A stretch of 64,000 nucleotides of DNA, from positions 372,001-436,000 of the forward strand of contig LSRY02000020.1 of the NCBI GenBank assembly GCA_001643675.2. The letters are read 5' to 3'. The notes beneath the pieces were generated by a model, which saw only the letters and a program-made list of their open reading frames with translations, did not search any database and was not told the DNA's origin. The DNA is from Monocercomonoides exilis PA203. Its lineage: Eukaryota; Protista; Preaxostyla. This document shows positions 1-12,584 of the stretch, in pieces; position 1 is the first letter of the stretch; each line of letters begins with the position of its first letter. A program made the translations under genes and the position numbers.

Positions 1-618
1 TGATGACGAAGAGAGAATAAAAGTGGAGTGAAGAAAAACGGATGACTGAAGAGAGAAGATGAGCTTTGACAAGATTGTTTCAACCCCAACTGTCACCATT
101 GCCGTATTTGCTCCTGCGGTGGCATCAGAAACTGTCCATCCACTTTGATCGTTGTTTCCTCGAATTTCGTGCTTCTGTCCAGTAAAATCCAATTCATCAC
201 TCATCAAAATCATTCCATTCACAACAACCTTCTTTGTTCCTGTAAGCCTTGTGAGTGAGTGCTTCATTGTTAAACAAGGGAATTGGACGATCCCACAATG
301 TGAGTGATCGGATGCCTCAGAATTGCTCACAAAGATTTCTTCTGAAGTGGGAAGGAGATAGACGCACAGTGGAATGGCAACACTTGTATTTCCATTGTCA
401 TATCCTCGAACCTTTTCAAAAGAATCCAAAGAGGCTGTGGCACATGCAATTTTTCTTGAAGTTGCAATTTCTTCCAGATTAAACAAAAAAACAAAGATAT
501 ATCTTCCCCACTTGGCTGTATTTATTTCGAATGAAAAGGATATCAAGAAGCATGGATTTTCAGTAACAATTGAACGTGAATTCCTCCCCCAAAACTGTGG
601 AATGTCAAGGAAAATCAG
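1..618 (-). pseudogene. Fragment of large repetitive surface/membrane-protein family gene, running off the left window edge
   Basis: Stop-free minus frame 618->1 (absent from the ORF track) reads ...NTAKWGRYIFV...VAIPLCVYLLPTSEEIFVSNSEASDHSHCGIVQFPCLTMKHSL..., the family's 'IFVS..G.D...CG....PC' repeat. The upstream GGGIHVQ motif is in another frame, so the gene is frameshifted or 5'-truncated. Confidence 0.7.
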
Positions 619-1879
619 TTATTGCATAATCCTTTTTCAAATATGCTTTATTCGCCACTCCCACACACAGCATCATCGAGCCTCTTTCAGCCTGTGAAAT
701 GCTTCCGCATTAAGATAACGATAAAATCTTTGCATTGTAATTTGCATCAATAATTGATGAAATAAATGTTAACTATCTTCTGGAAACTTATCAAGCAAAA
801 AAAGAAAGTTTTAATAATACATCGAAAAATGAAACGTTCATACCAAAATTTAACGAAAACTGTTTTATTTATGTATTTTTCATGTTAATCTAACCAAAGC
901 GTTCTATTTTCACTTTCATGTTGAGTTCAGGCTCATTAAGCAAAAGAAAAATACTATTCAAATGTAATTTTGAACTAACATTGGAAATCAAGTTTGACAG
1001 GAAAAAAAATCGAAATACACTATGAATAATTCTTTGTTTAGCAATTGAAAAATAGTTCAATCAAGTGAAACACTTATTCATGGAAAAATTGATATTTTTA
1101 TTTTGATCAAAAAATTTGATGTATAATTTTTTGAAATAGCGTATTTTTTCTCATAAAGAAGTTTGTTATGAACCAACAAATATCACTGTGAAAATTCGTT
1201 TGTATCATTTGAATAATGGTCACGGAGTGTTTAAAAAAAACCTTCCATCGGACAAATTTTTGATCTGATGTCACTTAACAAAAAAATATAGACATTTCGA
1301 GAAAGAGGAAGGAACGTCGATGAGAGACGCGAAAAAGGCGAAGAGAAGAAGGGTCAGAGGAATGTTTTTTGAAGATGCGATAAAATAAAGAGCAAATAAT
1401 ATGAGATGAAGCTATCTCAACATTGATTTCAGCTCATGTGTTAAATTAGAAGAACCATTGAAAGAAAATATAAGAAAATATATGAATACACGATTCTTTT
1501 GGAAAAAGTGTTCAAGGAGAGGAATGCAAATTTGAGGAATATTTGAAATCGGAGAAAGAGGAGGAAAAAGAAGAAAATTAAGGAATTGAATGGAAAACAT
1601 AATGAAAAGCAAAAAATATTTCTTTCATAGTTTCATTTGCTTCAACATCACTTTTTTCAACATTCCCATCAGAGTTTTTTTTTCAAAAAGTCCAAATCTT
1701 GTTCCCTGTCCTAATTTCTTGCGAGCTCCTTTTCTTCTTATTCCCTTTTGTTTCCAGCAAATTTTGTGCAATTCCTTCAAAGTGAATTGAAAAATCATTT
1801 TCCATATGGAATCTGTTATTGATGATTCGCAGAACTGATAAAGAAGATAAAAACGCGATTATGTTTGGATAAAAAAGAT

Positions 1880-2230
1880 AATACAATTCCTTTCAAAGAA
1901 GCTATTATAATTCTTGTCGCTTTAAAATAACTTTCCATACCATATAAACATGGGGTAAAATATGGACTTTCAAGCTTTTTATGCACAAGGCATTGAAAAA
2001 TTGCTTCACTCATAACTTTGTTTCGCTTTCTCAGATTTCAAAATAAATTAAATTTTCATAGCTGCAAACAAACATCATTGAAATCAAAACCCAAAGTTTT
2101 CCAACATTTCACAAATGTCAAAAAATGGACCTATTTTTATTGCGTTTTTTGATAAACAAAAGTTAATCGAAAATGCATAATTTTTCAATGAAAATGCCTT
2201 AAGTCAAATATTTGGTCCCATTTCTTTTTG
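1880..2230 (-). repeat. Dispersed decayed repeat, inverted homolog of 21575-21860
   Basis: The reverse complement aligns with 21575-21860 (GGTCCATTTTTTGACA, TTTCAATGATGT, TTTATTTTGAAATC, AAGCGAAACAA, ATGAGTGAAGCAATTTTT). Both read MSEAIF...KKL.SP.F.P. Confidence 0.75.
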
Positions 2231-4459
2231 CTATTCCAAATGACGTAATAATTTTTCTGAAACATTCTCAATTGTTATTGTCTATTTTTTGGAAATCACA
2301 TTTTGTCAATGATTTTCCAATTATATCTGCGCTTTCCTAATCTCAAATGCATTCTTCACTGAAAGACACAAACATGTTTAATTGCCCCACATAACTCCGA
2401 TGCATCATTTGCAAATGAAGAAATTTATATCATCCTGTTTTTCAATAAATTCTTCTTTTCTGTGCTTTGAAACTCCCAAGCATGTTCAATTAAAAGAACA
2501 AAAGTACAGCTCACTTATAAGTTATCTGTGTTGGAAATGAAACAATTCTTGAATGGAATCCCAAAGTTAAAAAATACATCAAAGAAAGATAAAAACTGTT
2601 ACTTCATAAAATTATTAAAATGCAAACCTTGTCATTAAAATACGTTTTTTAAAAAATGAGAGAATTCGATTATTTCCATTATTCAAATAATCATATTCGG
2701 CAGTAACTTTTCAGATTTTTTCTAAAAAAAATGGAACAAAGGAAATTCAGCAACCTTTCACATTCTCGGAAGAGTGAAAAATGATCTTTCATATGGAACG
2801 AACTCAACATCAAATCTGGTAACGATTCTGTCAACTTGCTGCAATTTATGTTAAAGCACACTTTCATTGGGAAAAAACTAAGTTCTAAGATTCAAGAAAT
2901 ATTCAATGGTGTGCTGTTCGTTTTATCTTTTTTTATTTGTGAGAATAATGTATTCTTTTTTCCTTTTTGAATAAATAGAAAAAGCTAATTACACGATTCT
3001 TCGATTGGCTTCTGCTTTCAACAACGAAACCAATGTTCATACTAAAGTCACTTTGCTGAAATGTGTCTGCCAAGAGTACAGTCTTTCCCAATTGCAGGAT
3101 TTTGGATTTGAATGCACAAAAGGCAATTTTTATCATGCTAAGCAAAATAGTTCTTATTCTTCATTTGAAATCAATCTTCCAAATTAACCTCCTCAGCCTC
3201 CATCAAAGTGTTGTATGCAATTGCATAAATGAAACATTTTCTTCGTGAATTGGTATTGTTTCTCCAAATATTGCTATTTTTTTAATATTGAATTTCCGGA
3301 ATTGAGCACAATTGATGAACAAGTTTTTTCTTCATTTATATGTGAAAACTCAACTGAATCGTGCGAGAATATTAAAAAACGAGACATTCAAAAAAAAGCA
3401 CAGGTTTTAAATTTTTTATTCTTCATTATTTGTTGTTTTTATTCATCATAATTGTCTTTTTAAATTATTTAAAATAAAAAATTTGGCATAGGTGTATTTA
3501 AGGTCCTTTTCCAATTCTTGATTATTCTTTAAAACATTATGATAAATAAAAAGTATAATTAATAATAAAACATTTGTATGGACTGGAATTTTGAAATTCT
3601 TTTTGATCCTTGAGAAAAAACTATTTTTAAAAATCACCCATAAATATGAGTATTTTTTCAAAATTTTAATTAAAATTGAAAATTTTGAAACAAAAAGTAG
3701 ATGAAATGTTATTAATTGTAATATTGTCCTTTTTAATAATTAAAATTTGAGAATTAAAACATTTAAAAAAATAAATTAATAAATTTAAATATTTTGATCA
3801 ATCCCACAATTAAATTTTTAATATCCAAAAAATAAGAATTGCTTTTTTTTATTTCACACAATGTTGAAGTTTTCTGATGTCACGTTATCTTCGCCTTATA
3901 TATTTAAACTTTTATAAGCAGGTGATACCATGTTGAAATTCACTCGAACTGCTTTTTCATAGCATCATTGAATTTCAAAGGATGTTTTTGTTAATATTCA
4001 TTGGTTTTCTTCTCAAATAAGCATTGATGAACGATCACTATTGATAATGAATATTTTTTTAGAAGATTAGAACTTTTATTAAGTTCATTTGATATGTTAT
4101 GATTTATTCATTTTCAATTTATTGCTTTTTTCGGAAAAATTCCGAAGATAATTGTTTTCTTTTTGTTCATTAAAAGTAACTTTTCATATATTTGTAGTTT
4201 TTTTATTTATAAAATGAATCGATTTGAAATATCAATACATTTTAACTAAATTTAAAAATGTTAATAAAAATTGTGAAAACAGTTTCTTTCACTCCAAAAT
4301 GAAAATTGTTATTTCATTGAACGCATACCATGTGCTCTTTTTCAAGGTATATTCTATCAAACAGATGTTTCAATTGTTGGATCATTTAATAATAATAACA
4401 AAAATTTTGTAAATTCAATGATAACCATGAACTCAGTCAACTTTATTTCCTTATTCAAA

Positions 4460-5450
4460 AATTGCATCACTCCTCCTCCTCCTCCTCATCATCATCATCT
4501 TCTTCTTCTTCTTTGACTTGTTCATGCGAACAACGCACTCTGAAAGCAACACAACAGCTACATGAAACAGAAACTGGAACAGGTCCATCACCACAGAAAG
4601 AGAAATTGATATCGACGACGAAAATGAATAAAGGCAACGGACAAGCACGCACTCATTAAGAATGTCATCATCTTCATCACCACCATCACCACATCTATCG
4701 CAGCAATCAAGGCAGCAAACAGCACCACAAGTCCCAGCAAATGCTGCAGAAACAACCTCAACAACAATCTCGGCAGCAGTCACAACTGTCATCTAATCAG
4801 CATCATCATCATTCAGAGGGAGTCAGCAGGCAGCATCGCAGGCACAACTGCTCTGATGATCATTCACACGGAACTGAGACGGATGCATCGTCTTGTTCCC
4901 CCAGGAACAAAGCGAAGCGGATGAGCATAATTGTACCTGCAGAGCAGCTGTTTGCGAGCGAGTATCGGTTTGAGAAGGAATCTCTTCCGCCCTCTCCTTT
5001 TCCGAAGGACAACCCACAGTTTGTGAGCACGCTAGCAGCAGAAACAGGGGCAGAGACAGATGCAGAAGCCAAAGCAGAGACAGACATCGGACGCGAAGGG
5101 GATGGGCCTGGTTTGGTCAAAAGTGCAACGCTATTGTTATCTAATTCTTCCTCCTCTTCCTCCTCTTCTTTGCCACTTCGGTTGCTTCAACAACAGAATG
5201 CGAATCTTTGTGCTTAGACAATCCTTTGCCAGGCTGCTCGGCAACTCCTGAGCTTGCTGACCAATCCCTTTCATTTTCTCCACCTCCCCTTCCGCCACAT
5301 GCACCACCTCTCTCTTCTCTTCCTCTTCCTCTTTTTCTTCCTTTTCTCCTTCTCCTTCTTCATACGAAATTTCTTCTTCATCAAATTCTTTATATTCTTC
5401 TTCTTCTTCTTCTTCTTCTTTTTCTCCTCCTCCTCTCTCTCTCTATTTCT
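4460..5450 (+). pseudogene. Low-complexity Q/H/S-rich host gene fragment (cargo)
   Basis: GC-richer coding-like block including ORF 4741-5217, broken by stops and frameshifts, with no recognisable domain. Confidence 0.5.
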
Positions 5451-5459
5451 TTCTTTCTT

Positions 5460-7958
5460 TCATCGCTCTTTTGGTGACATCTTCGTTGTCACAATCTCAA
5501 TCAGCTTCAGATCTTTTTTCACTGTGTCATTCACAACCTCTCTCAGATCTTCTTCTTCATTCTTAACTTTCTTCCATGGAATAATGAATACAATCGAAAC
5601 AAAAAGAACAATTAGAAACATCACAACCAATATTACAACAACAATCTGCCATATGGACATTTCTTTGTTTCCACCTTCCACGATTCTTTCGTCAACTTTT
5701 GCATCAATTTGACTTGCATTCTTCAAAATAAATGTATGTGTTGATGAAGGAGATTCTGCATTTCCAAATAAAATATGCACACTCACCTCGATTTCATCTC
5801 CACAATTGCTAATGAGATCTTTTGTCACACTTCCTTCAACTTCTATTTCCGATAAGAATCCATTTGAATCAAAATCATAATGTTCAATTTCTTTCTCTTC
5901 TCCCTTTCTCTTCACAACTGAGAACGACAGATTGCATGGAACAAGAAGCATTCCTTTGAATGTCAGCTCCATTCTGTTTGCTTCTTCTTTTGCTTCCACA
6001 CTCTTCAACACAGGAATGAAGAACGATGAATCCCTTTCTGAAGCAATCCCTTCAAAACTGCACCCATCATTCAACATCCAAAGTGAAGTGTTTCTCTCCA
6101 ATCCATCTCCTCCTTTCAAACTCATCACATTCAATGTTCCTGAATCTGAGCAGATGATATTTCTTCTCAGTGATGGATATCCTTCAATTGATGGATTATT
6201 GTTCATAAATTCTCCTTTCTCAATATTCATATTTCCTCCGCTCATTGTTATTCCACCTTCTGGTGAATTCGAGATTGTTGTATCTTTCATCATCACTGAA
6301 CTCTTCACAACATCCACAAGAGATCCATCCCATCTGCACATCTCTTCTTCTTCAACATTCAAATTCTTTTCATTTCTTTCCTTTGAACTCCCATCGAAAA
6401 TGCAACTGTCCATTTTCACATCCAAACAATTCTCCAATTTCATCAATTTCCATTTTGTATTGTTTGAACTGACTCCGCCCATTGTGCAATTGGTTAACTG
6501 CATCGTCTTTTTCATTGATAGGCAAGATATAAATGATTCTTCATTTCCTTCAACTGTTGTATTTTCAGCCTTCAATCTGTCCATATTCGACTGTCCACAT
6601 TCATTAATATCAATCAGAGAAGTTTTAATTGTTGAATTGGATATTGTTAATAAATAAATAACTGATGGAAGTGGAGAAGAAAGATACAAAGCTGATTCAC
6701 GAAGTATTAGATTTTTCACTTTGAATTCCATAAGTTGTAATTCTCCTTTTGCCATATCAAAAATGTGAAATGGAATATTTGCAAAATTAACATTTCCTCC
6801 TTCATTCGATTGCTTTGAGTCAAATGAACAATTCATAATTTCAAGAATTCCTCCTTCTGGTGATATCAGTGATTCGTGAAAAGAGTTGAAAAACGGATCA
6901 AACACAAAGTTCACTCTCAGCGTTGAGACTGTTCCTGCTGTTGTTATCAACGCCTCTTTTGATCTTGGAATCTCTGATTCCACTTCAACTTCACACATCT
7001 CTCTGTTCTTCGAATTCAAACTCATTTCCTTCAGATTTATCTCTCCTTCAATCATGCTCTTTGCCACAATGAAAATCAGACGAACACGTTATGATGACAG
7101 ATGCAAAAGACTATGAACAATCGAATAACAAGGAAATTCATCGCTTCAACACCCCATTGTGTCATGCCCACCAGTCGACACAGGCACCTCTATCCACTTC
7201 AGTTCAACAAGAAACACTCGAAGATCCATTTCCCCATATTTTCCATCTTCCCCAACAAATGCATTTCCATCCTCCTTGAATCCTGCGCAATCAAATGCAA
7301 ATCGTTGTTCATTCACACTGTTCACCAGATTGCTGCTCTTCACAAACATGTTCTTCCCAACTGTTGCTGAGCATCCTGAAAACGATATCGATGAAAGTTG
7401 AAATCCTTCTTCATTCAGACTGCAATCCAGATATATCCCTCCTCCTTTTCCTCCCTCGCTCATATTCTCACAAACACATCCAGTAAATGAACTATTTTCA
7501 ATTGTCACATATCCTCCCTCTTCCAACAGTATCTTCAGTGCTCCTCCTTCTTTGCTCTTTTCTGATAATGCCCCTTCAATTAAACTTCCCTTCATTACCA
7601 ATCCAACTCCAACACTCTCTCCAAACACGGCTGCTTCTCCACTTCCATCAATCTCCAATCTTTGCAGCGAACAATTTAAAAGTTTCACCTTGTATTCCTG
7701 TTCATTAATATTTGCTGATGAAAGAGAGAACGAAAATAACGAGACTGTTGATTTCACATCTGAAATCGTGACAAACTCCAGCTCAACCATCATTTCTGTC
7801 GATTTGATTAAGAAAAATGTAATTGTGTTTTGCTTTCCTCCTGCCACACTCATTGCGCAGTTCTTCATATACAATTCGCCATTTTGAGTGTTTGATTCGA
7901 TCACTGATGCGATTGTTCTTCTAAAACAAGATGGAATAATAATCCCAACGAACATCAT
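5460..7958 (-). pseudogene. Type-I membrane surface-protein family pseudogene (cargo)
   Basis: ORFs 7958-7146 and 7067-5460 share one frame, split by TGA (7146-7148, within TMGC*SDEFPC) and TAA (7089-7091). It has GG(A/I)-rich beta-helix-like repeats, CRWDGSLV and a TM helix (IWQIVVVILVVMFLIVLFVSIVFII), and is truncated at both ends. Confidence 0.8.
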
Positions 7959-8729
7959 TTCTTTTTAACCTTGCGCTATTTTTGTATAATTTTCACTCAA
8001 ATCGGCTATACCATATAACATCTATCCTTTTTAAGAATAAAATAAATAATATTTTATGAGTTTTGTCAAAAATTTTAATGAAACAGTGTTTATTAATGAT
8101 ATGAATGTTTCGCACACTTTGTAAAATGCTTCTTTATCAATATCACCGTGGTTTATGGCGTATAACCAACAGCTGCACTAAAAGAATCATCCTTAAAATC
8201 ATAAACAAAATTCATAAAAATTTGAATGAGATATTAATTATTATTCATCACACACTTTTAAACTATATTTATATATATGATTTGTTATATGTTCGCAAGC
8301 GGAGGTTCAATTCACGACGAAAGAAACTAATTTCTTATTTTTTGGATATTAAAAATTTAATTGTGGGATTGATCAAAATATTTTAATTTTTTAATTTATT
8401 TTTTTTTATGTTTTATTTCTCTAAAATTCCTTGATATAAAAGGTTAATATAACAATTTATGACCTTTCATCTACTTTTTGTTTCAAAATTATCAATTTTT
8501 ATTAAAAATTTGAAAAAATACTCATATTTATGGGTGATTTTTAAAAATAGTTTTTTCTCAAGGATCAAAAAGAATTTCAAAATTCCAGTCCATACAAATG
8601 TTTTATTATTAATTATACTTTTTATTTATCATAATGTTTTAAAGAATAATCAAGAATTGGAAAAGGACCTTAAATACACCTATGCCAAAAATTTAATCAC
8701 CAGCGACTATCTACGACAGTTTTGCAATC

Positions 8730-10375
8730 AGAAATGGAGAGGAAGATATCGAAGAAGACGTTGACACGCTTGAGCATTATTTTCAGAACGACAGTGATTG
8801 CGAATTGAATAATAGCGAAACCAATGAATCCTTCATTCCTGAAACAATTGAAAATGGAGAATCCTAAACTCATCTGGTAAATTTTAATGAAACGAATGAA
8901 CAAAGTTGTATTGACTCACAAAATCTTACCATCAATGAACAAGCTTGCTTGTTTGAAGAAAACTCAAATATGGAGGAGGATATTGAGATGACTGATATTC
9001 AAGATTTTGATTCATCTGTGGATATTGAAATAGACATAATCAACAACAGTGATTGCGTTCCAATTTCAAGCACATTCAATAATCAGATGAATGAATCAAA
9101 TCGTTTTGACAACATTCATTCTTCACATGAGCACAAGAAATTTGATGGAGCTATTTTTTCAAGGTTAAAAAATCTGGGAAACAGTTGTTACATTGCCTCT
9201 CAAATTCTAATTTTTGTGTTATTTTTATTCAATGCCCGGATTTGTCAATCAGAAATGGAACAATGTATTCTTATTTTTCAAATCTTTTTCAACTCGAAAC
9301 AAATGAAACTGCAGTCAACAAAACAAATCATTCTTTATCAAAACAAAAATGGTCTCAATCTTATTTGCGACAATTTGAAAAAAGGCATTAACTCAGAGAA
9401 GGAACGCATCAAAAATTTTTTGAAACTTTCTTTTATTGATGCAAAGATATTACAATAACTCTTCCAAACTTTGAAAAATCACTGAATGCTATCTTATCTT
9501 TTCCGATGCAATGCTCAAAATGTCATTGCGTTATGAATGGTCCAAGTGAGTCAACACCTATTATTCGACTCATTGGATCCAGTTGCACAGAAGCATTTAA
9601 TGCTACATTCAAAATGGGAAAAGAGAACCAGAACAACAGATACGCTTTCTGTGAGCACTGTCAGTCAGAAACTTTTCAATATGCTCACATGAAAATGGAA
9701 CAATTCCCTCGAATTCTATCAATGACTATGGAACCAGGAAAAAATGATAGAAATGGAAGATACAAAATTTCTGAATATTTGTCATTTTTCAAAGGAGGTG
9801 ATTCTTTGCAGGTCTGTGAAAGCTGTGAAGGAAGTGTATGAAAATACATTTTGATAGCACAGCTTTTCTATCAGGGAGTCAACGAACATAAGCATTTTGA
9901 CCCAATGTGCCGAAGTGGAAAGTGTTCCAATATACCAACACAAAATTCAAGTGAATGGTTCATATGCAACGATGAAGCTGTAACACCCATTCACGATTGC
10001 GTAATAGACGTGATGGAGGCTCAATCAAATATGAGATCACATCCTATCCTTTCAGTGTACGTGAAAGTTGACAATAATGTTGACGAAGTCGTGACAGACA
10101 TTTTATCACATAATTTGTTTGACTTTCATTTTTCAAGCGATTCTTGTCACTCTTTCATCTGTCATAACTCTCACTCATTTCATGACGATGTTTCTTATCA
10201 AGTGAACAATGAAGAGGGAGGGGAAAATAAAGTTCAATCACTTCAGCCACATCATTTGACATCTCAAAACTTCACTTTACAAACAAATATATCATCTGAC
10301 GAATCAACTTTGACAATCAAACCATTTCATTATCCTCACGTTTCATCAACGTCCTTCTCTTTATCATCACAATAA
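8730..10375 (+). pseudogene. Ubiquitin-specific protease (peptidase C19/USP) domain, decayed, directly upstream of a Sola2-like transposase
   Basis: Cys box RLKNLGNSCYIASQI (~9160-9205), finger CSKC...CEHC, FPRILSM, and His box YILIAQLFYQG...KHF...WFICNDEAV...ILSVY occur in canonical USP order across frameshifted ORFs 8949-9458, 9506-9841 and 9851-10375. Confidence 0.8.
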
Positions 10376-10869
10376 ATATCATACAACACTTCAGATGAAA
10401 ATAGAGACAATTTTGCATGCATTTCATTTATCAATAAGCATGTTCATTTTTCCTAAACAAATCGAAATGACACAAATGCTCCCGAAAATGCTTCATCCAA
10501 AAATTTAAATCAATTCATAGAAACAATCATTCACCAAAAAACATTTCCATTTCCATGAGTCAAACAAGAGATAACAATTCCATTTTGCTCTCTAAAAATG
10601 ATTCGCCACATGCAAATAATTCACTTGACAACGTGACAAGACAAAATTCAATGACCATCTTTCAGGAAACTGATAGTAATCTGTCCATTCCAAGTTTCAT
10701 CACATCATCCTTTTATATTCCACAGATAGTCATTCAGGAATAGGTTCACTGAATAACATTTCCAAACATGTTCAAAATGCATTAATCGATTCTTCAAAAC
10801 AATCATTTTCGACTTGACATTCAGAAAACAACACAAACGTCAGAGAATTAGGAAAAATTGTTATTTCTT

Positions 10870-12060
10870 TTCATGAGCAAGAAAATCCTCAATGTTCAAA
10901 GCAACCTATCAGAATCATCAACACGACAAAAACAGAATTGTTAAAGAAGCTGAAAAAAGAAACAAATATCAAAATATCAAAAAGTCAATTCGACAAAAAA
11001 ACTCTCCATCTCAAAAGAGCAAGAAGGAAGACTGACGTTTGTGATTTATGTGAAGCATACTCTTCATTAAAAAAAAATGAAGAGCATTTACTCCAACGAT
11101 CTGAACAACTTAACAATAAAGAGAAAGCAACGAAACGACAAAATAGAAAAACACAGCATATTGGCCAATAATCAACAACAATACTTTCTACATCTGAAAA
11201 ATAAATTTACACAGGATGAAACTCTTTTATTGTTCGATGACAAAGAAAACTGGTCTTTGCCAATGAGAAGGAACCAAACAAGTGAAGATTTCTACAACAA
11301 AGATGAAGTTTCTCATTTTTGTGTGATTGTTCACTTTGCTGATAACAACAAGAGCAAAAAAAAAACATATTTTCAATTTTTTTTCAAATACTTTGTCGCA
11401 TGATTACAAATTCACTATTGAATATCTTCAACAAGTTTTTTCGAATTCGATTTTAGAAAAAAAAAGTTTTTCGATTTATATGTAATACAGGATCACATCT
11501 TCGTAATTCTTAACTGATGCACTTTCTTCTTTCGAATGACTCAACGTTTGCAAAGGAAAAGAAACCTCATTATCATTCTATTGCGAAAAACACGGAAAAT
11601 GTGAGTGCTACGGAGAGTTCTGACATCTTTCTCAATGTGTCAATTATAAATTGGATAACAATTCGGTTATAAACAACATCGACGAACTTATTGAGTTCTT
11701 TGAACGAAATTCAAGTCACACTCCATTCCACAAAGACGAGGATAAAAACAATTGCACCAAAACTTTCCGTTGTTTTATGAAGTGTGCAACATTTATTTTT
11801 TGTTTTTGATAATTCAAAATATTTTTGATCATTTTCTGAATTATATTTTTCACATTCGCAAAAATGCAGGTACAGTGGATCAACCAAAATACTGTGGAAG
11901 AAAATAGCAGTTAATTCTTTAAAAACATATTTATTTTTACGAAAGCACGGAGATAAAGTATTTCACTCTGTTTCATCTCCTTTCAATTCAAAATAAACAT
12001 TTGCAACATCATTTTGATAAAAAAGAGATAGAGATGAGCGTCCAAAAAGAACATCAACAG
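10870..12060 (+). pseudogene. Sola2-like DDD transposase, decayed
   Basis: KTDVCDLC, LLLFDDKENW...QTSEDFYNK..VSHFCVIVHF, LSHD, CNTGSHLRN and EKHGKCECYGEF match the D(F)xEN / SxH / D-G..N / HGK..CDG order of Sola2-type transposases. Homologous to 37900-39130. Confidence 0.65.
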
Positions 12061-12312
12061 TGTTTAATCATTAAACAAACTCCATATCACTTTTAACTTT
12101 CACGAAAAAATGTCTTAAAAAACAGAAAAGCTTGATAAATAATTGTTCTTTAATCCAGCCAATGATATGTGAGAATTTTTGTTGTGTTTTTTTGAATTTT
12201 GTTTGCTTTTTAATGAGTTTTCTGAAATGTCCACTGCTCAAGCTCAGATCAACATGTGTTTCACATTGTGATTTGAGTACCCTTTTTTTTGCTATTGCGC
12301 AAAAATGGGGCA

Positions 12313-12396
12313 AGGCTGATTCCGTCCTGAGATTGTGCTGTGACCGGTCCAGCACAATCACTTGAAGGCTTTGGGTCCAGAATCAGCCTCCCAGGG
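12313..12396 (+). other. GC-rich structured motif, copy A (candidate ncRNA or cis-element)
   Basis: Stems AGGCTGATTC/GAATCAGCCT and GATTGTGCTG/CAGCACAATC. TTGGGTCCAG and TCCCAGGG are shared with 43332-43414. Confidence 0.55.
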
Positions 12397-12584
12397 TGGA
12401 CTTTCTCTAAATTCATTAAAAAAAAAAACAAAATTTATTGTTTGCAGTTTATAATTCAATATTATTGCTTTCGTTAATGTATTTTTTCAATATCGACGTT
12501 GTTTTTATTAATTATTATCTGTGTTTATCAATTAATATTCAATGAGAATAATCACTAATAATTTTACAAATTCAAAAGAAACAA

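Larger units (their letters stand above)
3485..8686. mobile_element. Non-autonomous long-TIR element (GGCATAGG...CCTATGCC) with 8-bp TSD carrying host gene fragments (Pack-type)
   Basis: Inverted repeats at 3485-3838 and 8332-8686, with the outer ~180 bp apparently identical. AAAAATTT occurs at both 3477-3484 and 8687-8694. The interior has gene fragments and no transposase. Confidence 0.8.

Noticed and set aside
3446-3661. Identical short ORFs at 3446-3661 and 8459-8764 as a duplicated gene
   Set aside because: They are chance frames through the non-coding TIRs and diverge exactly at the element boundary.
5932-6657. Long antisense or low-complexity ORFs (also 12911-13420, 58277-59047, 63544-63924) as genes
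   Set aside because: They are shadows of opposite-strand coding sequence or simple repeats.
12313-12396. Known RNA classes for the structured motif (hammerhead, HDV-like, TPP riboswitch, tRNA, SRP Alu)
   Set aside because: No CUGAUGA/GAAA core, no room for HDV P3/L3 or J4/2, and no TPP or cloverleaf consensus. The Alu-like GGGAGGCTGA on the minus strand is not kept in copy B.
8730-12400. Fanzor/TnpB nuclease associated with the Sola-like element
   Set aside because: No RuvC motifs in TnpB order were found; the CxxC pairs fit the USP finger and the transposase.
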